Shown here piece by piece: positions 45,102-54,807 of a stretch of DNA of 64,000 bases (positions are counted from its first letter, which is position 1; each line of letters starts with the position of its first letter). The stretch comes from Nitrospirota bacterium (GTDB lineage Bacteria; Nitrospirota; Nitrospiria; SBBL01; JAADHI01). The stretch covers positions 5,814 to 69,813 of the forward strand of contig JAJDBU010000048.1 of assembly GCA_029261195.1 (NCBI GenBank), in the 5' to 3' direction. The notes below the pieces were generated by a model that worked only from the letters and a program-made list of their open reading frames with translations, was not told where the DNA came from and made no database searches. Made by a program: the position numbers and the translations under genes.

Positions 45102-45688
45102 AAAAAGCAGGTAAAATTTTTCTGGCGCTCGTCATCATTATCGGACTGCCTTATGTGTGGTATGTGCATTTTAACTACCGCTTCGATGTCATCACAGAAA
45201 ACAAGGTCTACAAGTCCGGGAAAATCCCTCCAGAAAAAATTGCGGACTATCTCAATGAATATAAGATCAAAACAGTCATTGATCTACGACACCCTGAACT
45301 GCACGATGCCTTAAACCCCGGAAAACAGGACGGCATTGACCAGGAGCGAGAGGCAATCGAAAAACTGCCCGGTGTCAGACATATCAACATTCCATCCGGA
45401 CAAGTGCCCTCCAAAGAAAACCTGGTGAAATTTTTTGAAGTGATGGATGACAGCGCATCCTATCCGGTACTGATTCACTGTTATCACGGCACCGGTCGGG
45501 CCATTATCTACTCTGCACTGTACAGAATCGAATACGAAGGAAGCAGCAATGAGGAGGCAAGAGCAAAGACCCGATTTCGCCTCAATGGAAGCAGTTTTGA
45601 TCAGGGGCGAAGCAAAGGTGATTTTTTGATCAACTATAAAGCAAGAAAAGAGGGTGACAACAGCACCTTAAATACCCTGGAAGCTTAG
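45098..45688 (+). CDS. Membrane-anchored protein-tyrosine/dual-specificity phosphatase-like protein
   Basis: CX5R active-site loop HCYHGTGRA. 4-nt overlap with the upstream sulfatase-like gene. Confidence 0.65.
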   Translation: MKKAGKIFLALVIIIGLPYVWYVHFNYRFDVITENKVYKSGKIPPEKIADYLNEYKIKTVIDLRHPELHDALNPGKQDGIDQEREAIEKLPGVRHINIPSGQVPSKENLVKFFEVMDDSASYPVLIHCYHGTGRAIIYSALYRIEYEGSSNEEARAKTRFRLNGSSFDQGRSKGDFLINYKARKEGDNSTLNTLEA

Positions 45689-45729
45689 GATTGATGAGGA
45701 GGTCGTCGTGTAGGCAAAAAGCCGCACAA

Positions 45730-45900
45730 TCAGGCCGAATCAATCTCTTGTTTTTGCAACGCCATTTCATAGTCTTCTGCTGAAAGAGGTTTGCTGAAGT
45801 AATATCCTTGAACCTTGTCACAGCCCAGTGCCATGAGGCTGGAGAGTGCTTCGCAGGTTTCGACCCCTTCAGTGTGGACTGCTGTGTTCCAACTTGATTT
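45730..45900 (-). pseudogene. Remnant of an EAL-domain gene (last 56 codons only)
   Basis: Hand translation: KSSWNTAVHTEGVETCEALSSLMALGCDKVQGYYFSKPLSAEDYEMALQKQEIDSA, the conserved EAL C-terminus (AEGVET...LGCDxxQGYxFSKPL). An in-frame TAA lies directly upstream and there is no start codon. Confidence 0.6.
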
Positions 45901-46033
45901 TTATAGGTTCAAGTTACAAACGATAAATAACAGTTCAAAATATTCAAATTTTTCAGTATAGAAGAGGCGAAATTTTTGCCCTGAGCTCACAATTCACGGC
46001 TTGATGAGAGATCGCTTAAAATACCGACAGAGA

Positions 46034-46480
46034 TTATTCATCAAGGCCTTGGGCATATAAAATTGTTGCAGATCCATTCCCCGGTCCCAGAAAAAAAAGC
46101 CCCCAGGGATTTGTACCACCGTGTACGGATATCTGTACGACCTCGTTATGATTTTCTTCCAGGACGATCTCAATAATGCGGTCCTGCGGAATGTCAATGA
46201 TATCTCCATCTACTCCAGAAGGGGTATTGGGGTCAGTTTTTTTTGAAAGAAATCGTACGATAATTTTTTTTGAGGTGCCACCGACCTTCAATCTTAGTCG
46301 GTCTCCCTTTTTGAAGTCCCTTACTTTCTCAAGGTCGAGCCAGGAAGAATCTGAGTGTTCAGATATTCCGATATTCCCTTTCAGGGGTTCGGAATTTGCG
46401 ATAGGCACAAATATTAAAAAAATACTGATTACAAGCGTGGTTCGCACTGAAAATGCAGTCATCTTATTTTCCTCATTCAT
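46034..46480 (-). CDS. Hypothetical secreted protein (track ORF extends to 46564)
   Basis: A signal-peptide-like segment follows MNEENKMTAF. No family recognised. Confidence 0.4.
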   Translation of the reverse strand: MNEENKMTAFSVRTTLVISIFLIFVPIANSEPLKGNIGISEHSDSSWLDLEKVRDFKKGDRLRLKVGGTSKKIIVRFLSKKTDPNTPSGVDGDIIDIPQDRIIEIVLEENHNEVVQISVHGGTNPWGLFFLGPGNGSATILYAQGLDE

Positions 46481-46567
46481 CTCAAATATGAAGTAGACAC
46501 CCCAAATATGGCATTGCCTTAAGTGTGTCTCATTATGCAGTTTTTGGCAAGTTGAATAGAACAAACT

Positions 46568-47266
46568 TCAGGCTGGATGGATAATGGATTCCGGAGATTC
46601 TGAATCCTCCCTGTCTGAATCCACCCTGAATGACTGGCTTCGCTTGAACATCTCCTGCCAGATCCGCTTTGCCGGGCGTTCATAGAGGCTTAAGACATCG
46701 GCCTTCACAAGATGCCAGTCCCCGCGTTTCATTTCCCTGCGAAGCTGTCCGGCTCCCCATCTGGCATAACCGGCGTAGAGTCGAAAGCCCTTTTTGCCCC
46801 CAGAGATGCGGAGCTGTTCTGCAAGGACACGGGCCGCCTGACTGGCATAGACATCTGAAAAGAGAGGGACTGCATTACTTGGAGGCGATTGAGTGCGATA
46901 AAGCAAGGTCAGAGTCTTTCGAGCCACCGGTCCCCCGTCATAGAGGTAAGCTGAAGGCTGATGATGCATATCGACTTTGGGCAAAATCTGTGAGAGTGGC
47001 ACATTTGTCGGGCGGTTGATGATCAGCCCTACCGTGCCTTCTACGTCATGTTTCAAAAGAAGCACGACCGTTTTTTCGAAATTCTGGTCGCCAATTTTCG
47101 GATCAGCGACCAGAAAGGTCCCTCTTGATGGCGAGGTAAGCCGTCCGGTCAAAAGGGGAATTTCAGAGGCCTCTACGCTTTGCAGGACCGTTTGAAACGG
47201 AGCGCAAAACAGAAGCAGGGCGCATAGGGTGGCTTTGATTTTAGAATTTTCTTTTCTGTTTGCCAC
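46568..47266 (-). CDS. YqgE/AlgH (UPF0301) family protein with N-terminal signal-peptide-like extension
   Basis: GTFLVADPKIGDQNFEKTVVLLLKHDVEGTVGLIINRPT and YAGYARWGAGQLRREMKRGDW match the AlgH family. Confidence 0.7.
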   Translation of the reverse strand: MANRKENSKIKATLCALLLFCAPFQTVLQSVEASEIPLLTGRLTSPSRGTFLVADPKIGDQNFEKTVVLLLKHDVEGTVGLIINRPTNVPLSQILPKVDMHHQPSAYLYDGGPVARKTLTLLYRTQSPPSNAVPLFSDVYASQAARVLAEQLRISGGKKGFRLYAGYARWGAGQLRREMKRGDWHLVKADVLSLYERPAKRIWQEMFKRSQSFRVDSDREDSESPESIIHPA

Positions 47267-47296
47267 GGCCTGGCCTCTTAGTGAAATGCGATAGAT

Positions 47297-47785
47297 TTAT
47301 TTTTTCATGGCCTTCAGGTCGACCTCTTGAAGCCGCTTTGTAATTTGCATACGCAAGGCCATGCCCCACTGACGTCCCACCATCATTGTCTCTTTTTGGA
47401 GTACAGGCAATTTGTTCAGGAAAGTCTGGCCCGTTTCAGTTTTGTAGAAAGTCGTGATTTCTTTCATCTCTTTAACTGTGAGGTTTTTGATGTAGAGCTG
47501 AACAATCTTTTCATTGAGGGCTTTCAGATCCACTTCTTTAGAAAAGTCACTCCAGAATTGATCCGGGATGTCCGGCATTTTCTTTTTCTGAATCTGGAGG
47601 AGTTGTGTTGAAATACTTTTTCCGACCTCCGTCAATCGTGCAACTTTAAACAGTTCCCGGGCAGCCTGCTCCGCACCCGATTTGCCACCTGACTGGACAT
47701 CTAATGTATCTTGCGCAATTGCAAACGGTGCTGCTGTCACGACAAAAAATAAAATTGAAAATGCAAACATGACCACTTTTTTCAT
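47297..47785 (-). CDS. DUF2059-like periplasmic protein
   Basis: 162 aa, signal peptide, helical. The MKEITTFYKTETGQTFLNKLP motif resembles DUF2059. Confidence 0.5.
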   Translation of the reverse strand: MKKVVMFAFSILFFVVTAAPFAIAQDTLDVQSGGKSGAEQAARELFKVARLTEVGKSISTQLLQIQKKKMPDIPDQFWSDFSKEVDLKALNEKIVQLYIKNLTVKEMKEITTFYKTETGQTFLNKLPVLQKETMMVGRQWGMALRMQITKRLQEVDLKAMKK

Positions 47786-47940
47786 TCGATACTCCTAAAA
47801 ATTTACTGTGATGGACCAGCCAAAACGATACAAATTTCGCGACATCATACGGAAATACCGGAGGCAAGGCAAGGCGATTTCTTGACCTAGAATGAAGCTC
47901 ATGCTTATAATCGCCGTTTTTCAATTTGAGAGATTAATTC

Positions 47941-48936
47941 ATGAGCCAGGAAATTTCAGTCCCTTCTCTTTTTCAACTGGGTTACTACTGGGAAGCCAAG
48001 ATTTTTCTGACTTCCGTCAAACTCGATATCTACACGCCGCTGGCCGACGGCCCGAAAGATAGCAAGGCCATCGCCGCTGCGATTCAGGCCGACCCGGCCT
48101 ATCTGGAACGCTTGCTTGATGCGCTTGTTTCAATCGGGGTCTTGAGACGGACCGAAGCCGGTTATGAAAATGTGCCCCAGCTTGCAGAGTTTCTCGTGAA
48201 GAGCAGCCGCTTCTACATGGGTGAATTGATGTTATTGCAGGATGCCGAATGGGACCATTGGGGCAAGCTGGAAGAGATTGTCCGAAGCGGCCGCCCTCCG
48301 ATGACAGGCAACATTTTTATGAACCGTCCGGAACTGGGCAAGACAGTCCTGAGTGTTCTGGATCGCATGGCCCAACGCGTCGCCCCCGGTCTCGCCGAAA
48401 AGATTGACCTTTCGGAGGCGCAAACTTTTATTGATGTCGGCGGCGGTGCAGGCACCTTTTCCATCGCCTTCTGTAAACGCTACGCTCATTTAAAAGGTGT
48501 TCTTTTTGATCTCCCGCAAACCCTCCAACTGACTCAGGAAAAAATCAATGCCGCCGGATTAGAAGATCGCATGACCCTCTGTCCCGGAAATTTCAACACC
48601 GATCCGATTCCGGGCAACTATGATGCTGTTTTTCTGTCCGATATCCTTCACTACCAGACAGCGGAAGAAAATGCCGCTCTGATTCAAAAGCTCTATCCCC
48701 TCTGCAAGCCCGGTGGCAAGATTATCGTCAAAGACATGTTCATTAGCTCAGATAGCAGTTCTCCCGGCTGGAATGCCGTCTTCTCGATTCATATGCTGGT
48801 GTATAGTGAAAAAGGACGGTGCTTCAAGGGAGAGTCGGTCCGCTCCTGGCTTGAAAAAGCCGGTTTTCAACAGATTAACGAAATTGAACGCAACACGGTT
48901 TTTGTTGCAATCAGACCGACGGAGGGAAACGCATGA
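47941..48936 (+). CDS. Class I SAM-dependent O-methyltransferase (Methyltransf_2-like, with N-terminal dimerisation domain)
   Basis: FIDVGGGAGTFSIAFCKRY (SAM motif I), VLFDLPQ and DAVFLSDILHY. Confidence 0.75.
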   Translation: MSQEISVPSLFQLGYYWEAKIFLTSVKLDIYTPLADGPKDSKAIAAAIQADPAYLERLLDALVSIGVLRRTEAGYENVPQLAEFLVKSSRFYMGELMLLQDAEWDHWGKLEEIVRSGRPPMTGNIFMNRPELGKTVLSVLDRMAQRVAPGLAEKIDLSEAQTFIDVGGGAGTFSIAFCKRYAHLKGVLFDLPQTLQLTQEKINAAGLEDRMTLCPGNFNTDPIPGNYDAVFLSDILHYQTAEENAALIQKLYPLCKPGGKIIVKDMFISSDSSSPGWNAVFSIHMLVYSEKGRCFKGESVRSWLEKAGFQQINEIERNTVFVAIRPTEGNA

Positions 48937-49634
48937 AAGACTTTTTAACCGCACCCGGATTTCTTTCGCCTTATGGGACGTTCGGCGCCGATTTCTCATC
49001 GGTCATGGCCTGGTTCTTCACTCTCTTGTTTATCTATGGATGGATGGCAGCGCGAAAACATCAAGGGCAGCGCCACCACCTGGTGACCTTATGGGGCATG
49101 CTCGCAATGCTGGCCTACTTCACAATCTATTATCTGGCGCGAGGATTGGGTGCCCTTTCAATCGAAGGGAAGGAAGGTTTCGGGGGGCCGGATTGGGTCT
49201 ATGACTATATCTTTTCTCCCATCCTCCTGATTCACGTCATTGTCATTTCGGTGGGCTTGATTCTCGCCATCTACATGATTGTGCTCGGATTTCGCTCCTC
49301 TGCAAAAAAGATGAAGACCCGCTTTCTCAAGTCAGAAACACTTACGATGAGCAGCAAGGCCTTTAAATATGTGATGATCGGCACCGCAATACCTTTTGGC
49401 CTTCTGGCCATCATCCGCTCAGGATCATTCGCAAGGGTGATCGTTTATTTGTGTGGGTTCGGAATTGTTGCGGGGCTTTTGTTCTTGGAGCGCGGCATTG
49501 AGCGCAGGTGGCCAGACGGAGCAAATCGACACCGAAAAATCGGGGCATTCACGATGTGGCTCTATGTGATCGCTCTTGTGACAAGTACGGCAACCTACAT
49601 CATGCTGTATTATATCTATCCGGTAAAGGTCTAG
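48933..49634 (+). CDS. Integral membrane protein (possibly DUF420-like)
   Basis: 233 aa, with 5-6 hydrophobic helices. The RKHQGQRHHLVTLWGMLAMLAYF segment is reminiscent of DUF420. 4-nt overlap with the methyltransferase. Confidence 0.4.
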   Translation: MKDFLTAPGFLSPYGTFGADFSSVMAWFFTLLFIYGWMAARKHQGQRHHLVTLWGMLAMLAYFTIYYLARGLGALSIEGKEGFGGPDWVYDYIFSPILLIHVIVISVGLILAIYMIVLGFRSSAKKMKTRFLKSETLTMSSKAFKYVMIGTAIPFGLLAIIRSGSFARVIVYLCGFGIVAGLLFLERGIERRWPDGANRHRKIGAFTMWLYVIALVTSTATYIMLYYIYPVKV

Positions 49635-49660
49635 TGATGCCGGTAAAGGTCTAGTCGTTT

Positions 49661-50002
49661 ATGGTCGAACGTAGAGAATCAACACGACATCCTTTCCACC
49701 AACGCGTCGAAGTCATTCATGCTCCCAGCAAGCAATCCTTCGATCTGCTTCGGGGAAATATCGGCTTCGGCGGCGCCGGAGGCTTTACTCCGAATCTGAT
49801 TGAAGCAGGGGAAGCAGTGAGTATTCGTTTTTATTTTCCGCAACGCTCCGGGGAGCTCGCCCAAGAGGATGTTCCTGGGAAGATCATCTGGTCTCACAAG
49901 GACGGAAACTTCAAAGCGATGGGGCTCGGCTTCAATTCACTGACAAGAAAGAATCAGCCCCTCCTGCTTTCCTATCTTCAGTACGCCGATCAATTTGATT
50001 AA
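49661..50002 (+). CDS. PilZ-domain c-di-GMP receptor
   Basis: 113 aa. An RRESTRH (RxxxR) motif and a downstream GNIGFGGAG (D/NxSxxG-like) motif. Confidence 0.65.
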   Translation: MVERRESTRHPFHQRVEVIHAPSKQSFDLLRGNIGFGGAGGFTPNLIEAGEAVSIRFYFPQRSGELAQEDVPGKIIWSHKDGNFKAMGLGFNSLTRKNQPLLLSYLQYADQFD

Positions 50003-50063
50003 AAATATTTTTTAACGGCTGATCGAAACCTATGCGTCATTCCAGAATGGTCGTCGTTAACTT

Positions 50064-51347
50064 TTACCCTACCGGCTTAAAAACCACGCAATTTCGACCT
50101 GATTCTTTGGCTTCATAGACGGCCTTGTCCGCCGCGTTGAAGAGGGTATCGAAGGTACAGGGCACATCTAAGGGGAGTTCGGAAACACCGAAACTGGCCG
50201 TTATTGGAATTTCTCTGGGTTTGAGCGCTTCAATCTTAAGACGAATCCGGTTTGCAAACTTCACCCCGTCCTCCCCCTTGCAGTGGGGCAGGATCAGGAC
50301 GAATTCCTCTCCACCGAAGCGGGCGGCGATGTTTTCTTTTCTGCCACCTTCCCTAATGACGGCTGCAACTTCAGAGAGAACGGCATCTCCCGCATCGTGG
50401 CCGTGGGTGTCATTGATGGCTTTAAAGTGATCCAGATCGATGAGAAGCAGACTCAGTGGAACCTGATGGCGCTTTGCTTCCAATAATCGCTTCGGGGCCT
50501 GATCAACCAGAAAATGTCTGTTGTAAAGTTTTGTCAACTGATCGGTCATCGCAAGCATCTGGAGCTGTTTTTGCTGGAACTCCACCTGGTCGAGCAGTTG
50601 TTTGTTGGTGATCAAATTTTTCACACGCGCGACCAATTCCTCCGTCACCGTCGGTTTTGGGATGAAGTCGTTTGCACCGCTTCTGAGCAATTCGACGCGT
50701 CGAGCCGCATCATCAAGACCGGAAACAGCCAGAATGGGAATCTGTGCCTTTCGCCCTTCGCTTCGCCGAACCTCCCGGAGCAGTGACAGGCCGCTCATGT
50801 GTCCCGCCAGGAGAATATCGGTCATGATCAGATCATAGTCGTTCTCTTTGAATTTAATCAGCGCCTCTTCCCCACTGACCACATGATCGACGCTCAGTCC
50901 CATCAAGGTGAGCTGATATTTGGTTAACTCGGCGACGGCAAGACCATCCTCCACATAGAGCACATGTCCCCGTAATTTCTGGTCGCTTTCCACCTGCTCG
51001 ACAAAGGTGCTCAGGTAGTTTCCGATACCCTCCAGATCGGATTTTCGGAAGATCTCTGTCACACCGGCAAGCATCGATTGTTCAACGATGCCCGGTTCTT
51101 CATTGGAAGTGCTCATGATGATGGGAAGTGTGTTCCCTATTTTCAAGCGTAAAGCCTTGCAGAAGTCGATGCCACTCATGTCATCAAGATGAAGGGAGAT
51201 ACAAGCAAGATCGAAGGTATCATGCGCAAGTTGCTCAAGCCCTTTTTCACCGGTCGAAAAAAAGACTGTTTCAAAGGGGTGGGCGCTGAACAGGGCAGCT
51301 AGCATTTTGCTGTAGACGCGTGAGGGTTCTACGACTAAGGCTTTCAT
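50064..51347 (-). CDS. PleD-like response regulator diguanylate cyclase (REC-REC-GGDEF)
   Basis: 427 aa. Two receiver domains (the second has DLIMTDILL) and an active-looking GGEEF motif (RFGGEEFVLILP). Confidence 0.85.
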   Translation of the reverse strand: MKALVVEPSRVYSKMLAALFSAHPFETVFFSTGEKGLEQLAHDTFDLACISLHLDDMSGIDFCKALRLKIGNTLPIIMSTSNEEPGIVEQSMLAGVTEIFRKSDLEGIGNYLSTFVEQVESDQKLRGHVLYVEDGLAVAELTKYQLTLMGLSVDHVVSGEEALIKFKENDYDLIMTDILLAGHMSGLSLLREVRRSEGRKAQIPILAVSGLDDAARRVELLRSGANDFIPKPTVTEELVARVKNLITNKQLLDQVEFQQKQLQMLAMTDQLTKLYNRHFLVDQAPKRLLEAKRHQVPLSLLLIDLDHFKAINDTHGHDAGDAVLSEVAAVIREGGRKENIAARFGGEEFVLILPHCKGEDGVKFANRIRLKIEALKPREIPITASFGVSELPLDVPCTFDTLFNAADKAVYEAKESGRNCVVFKPVG

Positions 51348-51476
51348 TTACAGAAACTCCCGTGAGTAAACGCTGAATGAGGATGAGAGCTAAACTGGGC
51401 GCGCAAGTGAAAGGCTCCGAGTTTAGCTTAAATCACACACATTATTTATCTGACCGTTATCTGGCCTCACTAAGGA

Positions 51477-52322
51477 TTATCTATCGTGGCAAACAAGACA
51501 TAGCGTCTTGGAGGGGACTCTAAGGAACGGTCGCACTTTCTCGCTATGAGGGTTATGACAACTATCACACTCCATCAAGCCTCCAGTGGTACGGACGAGC
51601 CCTGAAAGGTGTGCCGGATTGGAAATTTCACTCTTTGGAAGGTCAAGGTAGGACGATGTGGCAGCAGTCGGAAGGGTCAAACCCTCTGCCTGCCGATCGG
51701 GTAGTGCCCAGTAGCGTGTTCGGGTGATTGTTGCATTGTGAGGTGCAAAGGAACCATTGGGTTTTCTGGGATAAACGATGGAGACCGGATGATCGACGCG
51801 ACTTAAAGGGGGCGCGCCGAGTGGACCCGCCATGCCCTTCCAGGCCGGTAAGGCAGAGGCTCCGATACGGGGATTATCCACATTAATGCCGTGCATGTCG
51901 CCGCCAAGGGCGCCGTCATGACAGGAGAGGCAGATAAGGGAAGAACCCGTTGGATGGTTGTAGGGATGCTCATCAAGCGGTGCAGTCTGAATGGCGAGAT
52001 ATTTTGAGTCCTTCATTTCCACGCGACTCCAGAGTGGGCTTTGAGGAAGCATGTCGGCCGGGCTGCGTTTTAAGCCAGAGGCGCCTTCCAAGTTCTCAGG
52101 CAATTCTTGCTCTTTGGATATTTTTTCAGGCTGGGCTTTTGACGCGCTCCAGGGCAGGTCGCCGGTATGACAGACAATACAGGCGTTTCCATCCACAGCC
52201 TCCGGGGCAATCAGATTGTGCCGTGTACTCTTGACCCCTTCAAGCGGAGAAGCATTTATTTTTGAGGCCTGTAACGAGAGACTAAAGACGGCCAGAAGCA
52301 GGTAAAAAGCTCTTTCCCTCAT
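51477..52322 (-). CDS. Periplasmic tetrahaem c-type cytochrome
   Basis: Signal peptide plus four CXXCH motifs (CIVCH, CLSCH, CDSCH, CLVCH). The ATG overlaps the glmM stop (ATGA). Confidence 0.8.
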   Translation of the reverse strand: MRERAFYLLLAVFSLSLQASKINASPLEGVKSTRHNLIAPEAVDGNACIVCHTGDLPWSASKAQPEKISKEQELPENLEGASGLKRSPADMLPQSPLWSRVEMKDSKYLAIQTAPLDEHPYNHPTGSSLICLSCHDGALGGDMHGINVDNPRIGASALPAWKGMAGPLGAPPLSRVDHPVSIVYPRKPNGSFAPHNATITRTRYWALPDRQAEGLTLPTAATSSYLDLPKSEISNPAHLSGLVRTTGGLMECDSCHNPHSEKVRPFLRVPSKTLCLVCHDR

Positions 52323-53677
52323 TTTTTCGCTCCGATTTTTTTCTCAATGATTTCAATCAATACATCCGCCATCTCCGTAATGGTCTCTTGCGCTTCTCCT
52401 TCAATCATCACACGCAGGAGGGTTTCCGTTCCCGAATAGCGAACGAGGATGCGCCCGCGGCCTCCCAGTGTTTTTTCAAATTCAGATATCTTTTTTGTGA
52501 GTTCCGGAAGGGTCGAGAGTTCGGGTTTACTGGAGACAGCGACATTTTTCAAGATTTGCGGCAAGGGACTCATGCAGGCGACTAGCTCGGAGACGGGTTT
52601 CCCCGTACGAACCATTAGAGAAAGAAATTGTAGTGCCGTCACAATGCCGTCACCTGTCGTATTGTAATCCAGGAAGATCATGTGTCCGGATTGCTCACCG
52701 CCTAAGTTGTAGGCCCCCTTGATCATCTTCTCCAGGACATAGCGGTCACCCACCTGCGTGCGGAAGACATGAATCCCCTTCGGATGAAGGGCGAGTTCAA
52801 CCCCCATATTAGACATCAGAGTCGTTACCAGGGCTTCACCCTTTAAGCGTTGTTCCCGCTGCATGGCAAGGGCGAAACACACCATCAGGGCATCCCCATC
52901 AACCACTTCTCCTCTCTCATCCACAAAGATCGTGCGATCCGCATCACCGTCATGGGCGATACCGACATGGGCAGCATGTTCAACAACCGCTTTTTTCAGT
53001 TGATCAGGATAAAGAGCCCCGCAATCCTTATTGATATTTGTTCCGCTGGGCTGGTTATTCAGCACCACTACCTCGGCGCCGAGTTCACTCAAAACCATCG
53101 GCGCCACCCTGTAAGATGCACCATTAGCGCAGTCAATAACCACTTTGAGGCCCTGAAAATCAAGGCCCTTGGGTAGGGAGTTTTTTACGAACTCGATATA
53201 ACGACCTTCGACATCATCAATTCGGTAGACCTTGCCGATTTCTTCTGCCGTTGGTCGGATGGCATCAATCTCGCCGGAAAAAATCAGGTCTTCGATTCGC
53301 TTTTCCACCTCATCAGGGAGCTTTAAGCCCTCTTTTGAAAAGAACTTAATCCCGTTATCCTGAAAAGAATTATGCGAGGCTGAAATCATCACCCCGGCAT
53401 CGGCTCGAAGAGACCTTGCAAGAAAGGCGATTGCGGGCGTTGGCATTGGTCCCACCAGGATCACATCGACCCCCAGTGAACAGATGCCTGAGGTTAAGGC
53501 CGACTCAATCATGTAGCAGGAGAGCCGGGTATCCTTTCCGATGACAATGCGGTGGCGCCCCGACTTGTGCTTAAAGATGTGGGCTGCGGCACGACCAAGT
53601 TTCATTGCCGTTTCCACTGTCATCGGTTCGACATTGGCAATGCCGCGAACGCCGTCTGTTCCGAAAAGCTTCCTCAT
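52319..53677 (-). CDS. glmM: Phosphoglucosamine mutase
   Basis: [12 protein letters not shown], the phosphoserine loop ISASHN, DGDADR and GGEQSGH. Confidence 0.92.
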   Translation of the reverse strand: MRKLFGTDGVRGIANVEPMTVETAMKLGRAAAHIFKHKSGRHRIVIGKDTRLSCYMIESALTSGICSLGVDVILVGPMPTPAIAFLARSLRADAGVMISASHNSFQDNGIKFFSKEGLKLPDEVEKRIEDLIFSGEIDAIRPTAEEIGKVYRIDDVEGRYIEFVKNSLPKGLDFQGLKVVIDCANGASYRVAPMVLSELGAEVVVLNNQPSGTNINKDCGALYPDQLKKAVVEHAAHVGIAHDGDADRTIFVDERGEVVDGDALMVCFALAMQREQRLKGEALVTTLMSNMGVELALHPKGIHVFRTQVGDRYVLEKMIKGAYNLGGEQSGHMIFLDYNTTGDGIVTALQFLSLMVRTGKPVSELVACMSPLPQILKNVAVSSKPELSTLPELTKKISEFEKTLGGRGRILVRYSGTETLLRVMIEGEAQETITEMADVLIEIIEKKIGAKK

Positions 53678-53694
53678 GTTAAGTTCCTTAAAGC

Positions 53695-54564
53695 TCAGTG
53701 AGAGTGATTCTCTTTGCCTTCCGAGGCTTGGGACTCCTCGGGATGACTGTGGGAAGAGGCAGCGCCCGCCAACTGCTTCTCGTTGATTAAAATAGTTGCC
53801 GTGGCCTTCATTTGATCGATTTCAAAATTAATCATCCGTCCCCTGAGGTTTTGGAGGTAAGCGGGTGAAAGCTTCTCAAAGGCCTCCGCCTCTTTTTTCT
53901 CAAGCAACTGAATCACATGATAGCCAAAATCACTTTTTACCGGCTCGCTAATCTCATTTTCTTTAAGGGCAAAGGCCACATCAGAAAACGGTTTAACCAT
54001 CCGTTCCCTGGAAAAAAAACCAAGATCTCCGCCATTCGCGGCACTGGCCTGATCGATAGAAAGCTCTTTTGCGACCACAGAAAAATCGGCGCCGTCATCA
54101 AGTTTTTTTTTCGCAGCCTTTGCTTCAGCTTCCGTTTTCACAAGAATATGTTTTGCCCGCACCTCACGAAATTCATTTTTGTTCTGACCGTAGAACAATT
54201 TCATCGCCCCATCGCTTACTTTTTCCTTGGCGATGCTGTTGACCATCTCATTGATGACCAGTTCCGTCATTCTCTCCTCAATGCGTTCCCTTACCTCTTT
54301 GCTCTTATCAAGACCCCGTCGCCTTCCCTCCTGATTCAATACCTCACGCGAAACCAGGATGTCGAGCAATTCTCTTCTTGTTTCAATCGATTCAAAATTT
54401 CCCTGTCGTTCCTGTGTCAGGCGGCTCATCCGTTTTTCAAAAAGCTCGGTCGTAATCGATACGCCGTTGACAGTCGCCACTGCATCAGGCGATTTTGCGC
54501 TTAGATTGCTTCCCATTGGAATGAGAAGAGACACAAAAAAAATAATGATCACGTTCTTTAACAT
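53695..54564 (-). CDS. Parvulin-type peptidyl-prolyl isomerase (PrsA/SurA-like)
   Basis: Signal peptide. The PpiC domain runs from VRAKHILV to GGDLGFF and FGYHVIQL. Confidence 0.8.
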   Translation of the reverse strand: MLKNVIIIFFVSLLIPMGSNLSAKSPDAVATVNGVSITTELFEKRMSRLTQERQGNFESIETRRELLDILVSREVLNQEGRRRGLDKSKEVRERIEERMTELVINEMVNSIAKEKVSDGAMKLFYGQNKNEFREVRAKHILVKTEAEAKAAKKKLDDGADFSVVAKELSIDQASAANGGDLGFFSRERMVKPFSDVAFALKENEISEPVKSDFGYHVIQLLEKKEAEAFEKLSPAYLQNLRGRMINFEIDQMKATATILINEKQLAGAASSHSHPEESQASEGKENHSH

Positions 54565-54678
54565 TTATCATCCTCCAAATTTTAGATAAAACCGTTCGGG
54601 ATTTTACCCTTTTTGACGGAAAAGATCAATCGTTAGAACGCACTCTCCAAGGGCATTTATTCTTTTTATCGGTAAAAA

Positions 54679-54711
54679 TTGACAGTGTTGTTTACAGAAT
54701 TTCATAGTTGA
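54679..54711 (+). repeat. Solo copy of a 33-nt element (31/33 identical to 62684-62716 at the IS-remnant left end)
   Basis: TTGACAGTGTTGTTTACAGAATTTCATAGTTGA compared with TTGACAGCGTTGTTTACAGAATTTCATATTTGA, read directly. Flanks are unrelated. Confidence 0.85.
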
Positions 54712-54807
54712 TATTTCAAAGATTTGCTTGAAATTGAGAAAGAGATTGAGGAGTCTTTTTATTTCAGGGTTCATGCTCTCCATTCTTATAGAAGCCCTCA
54801 AGCGGAT

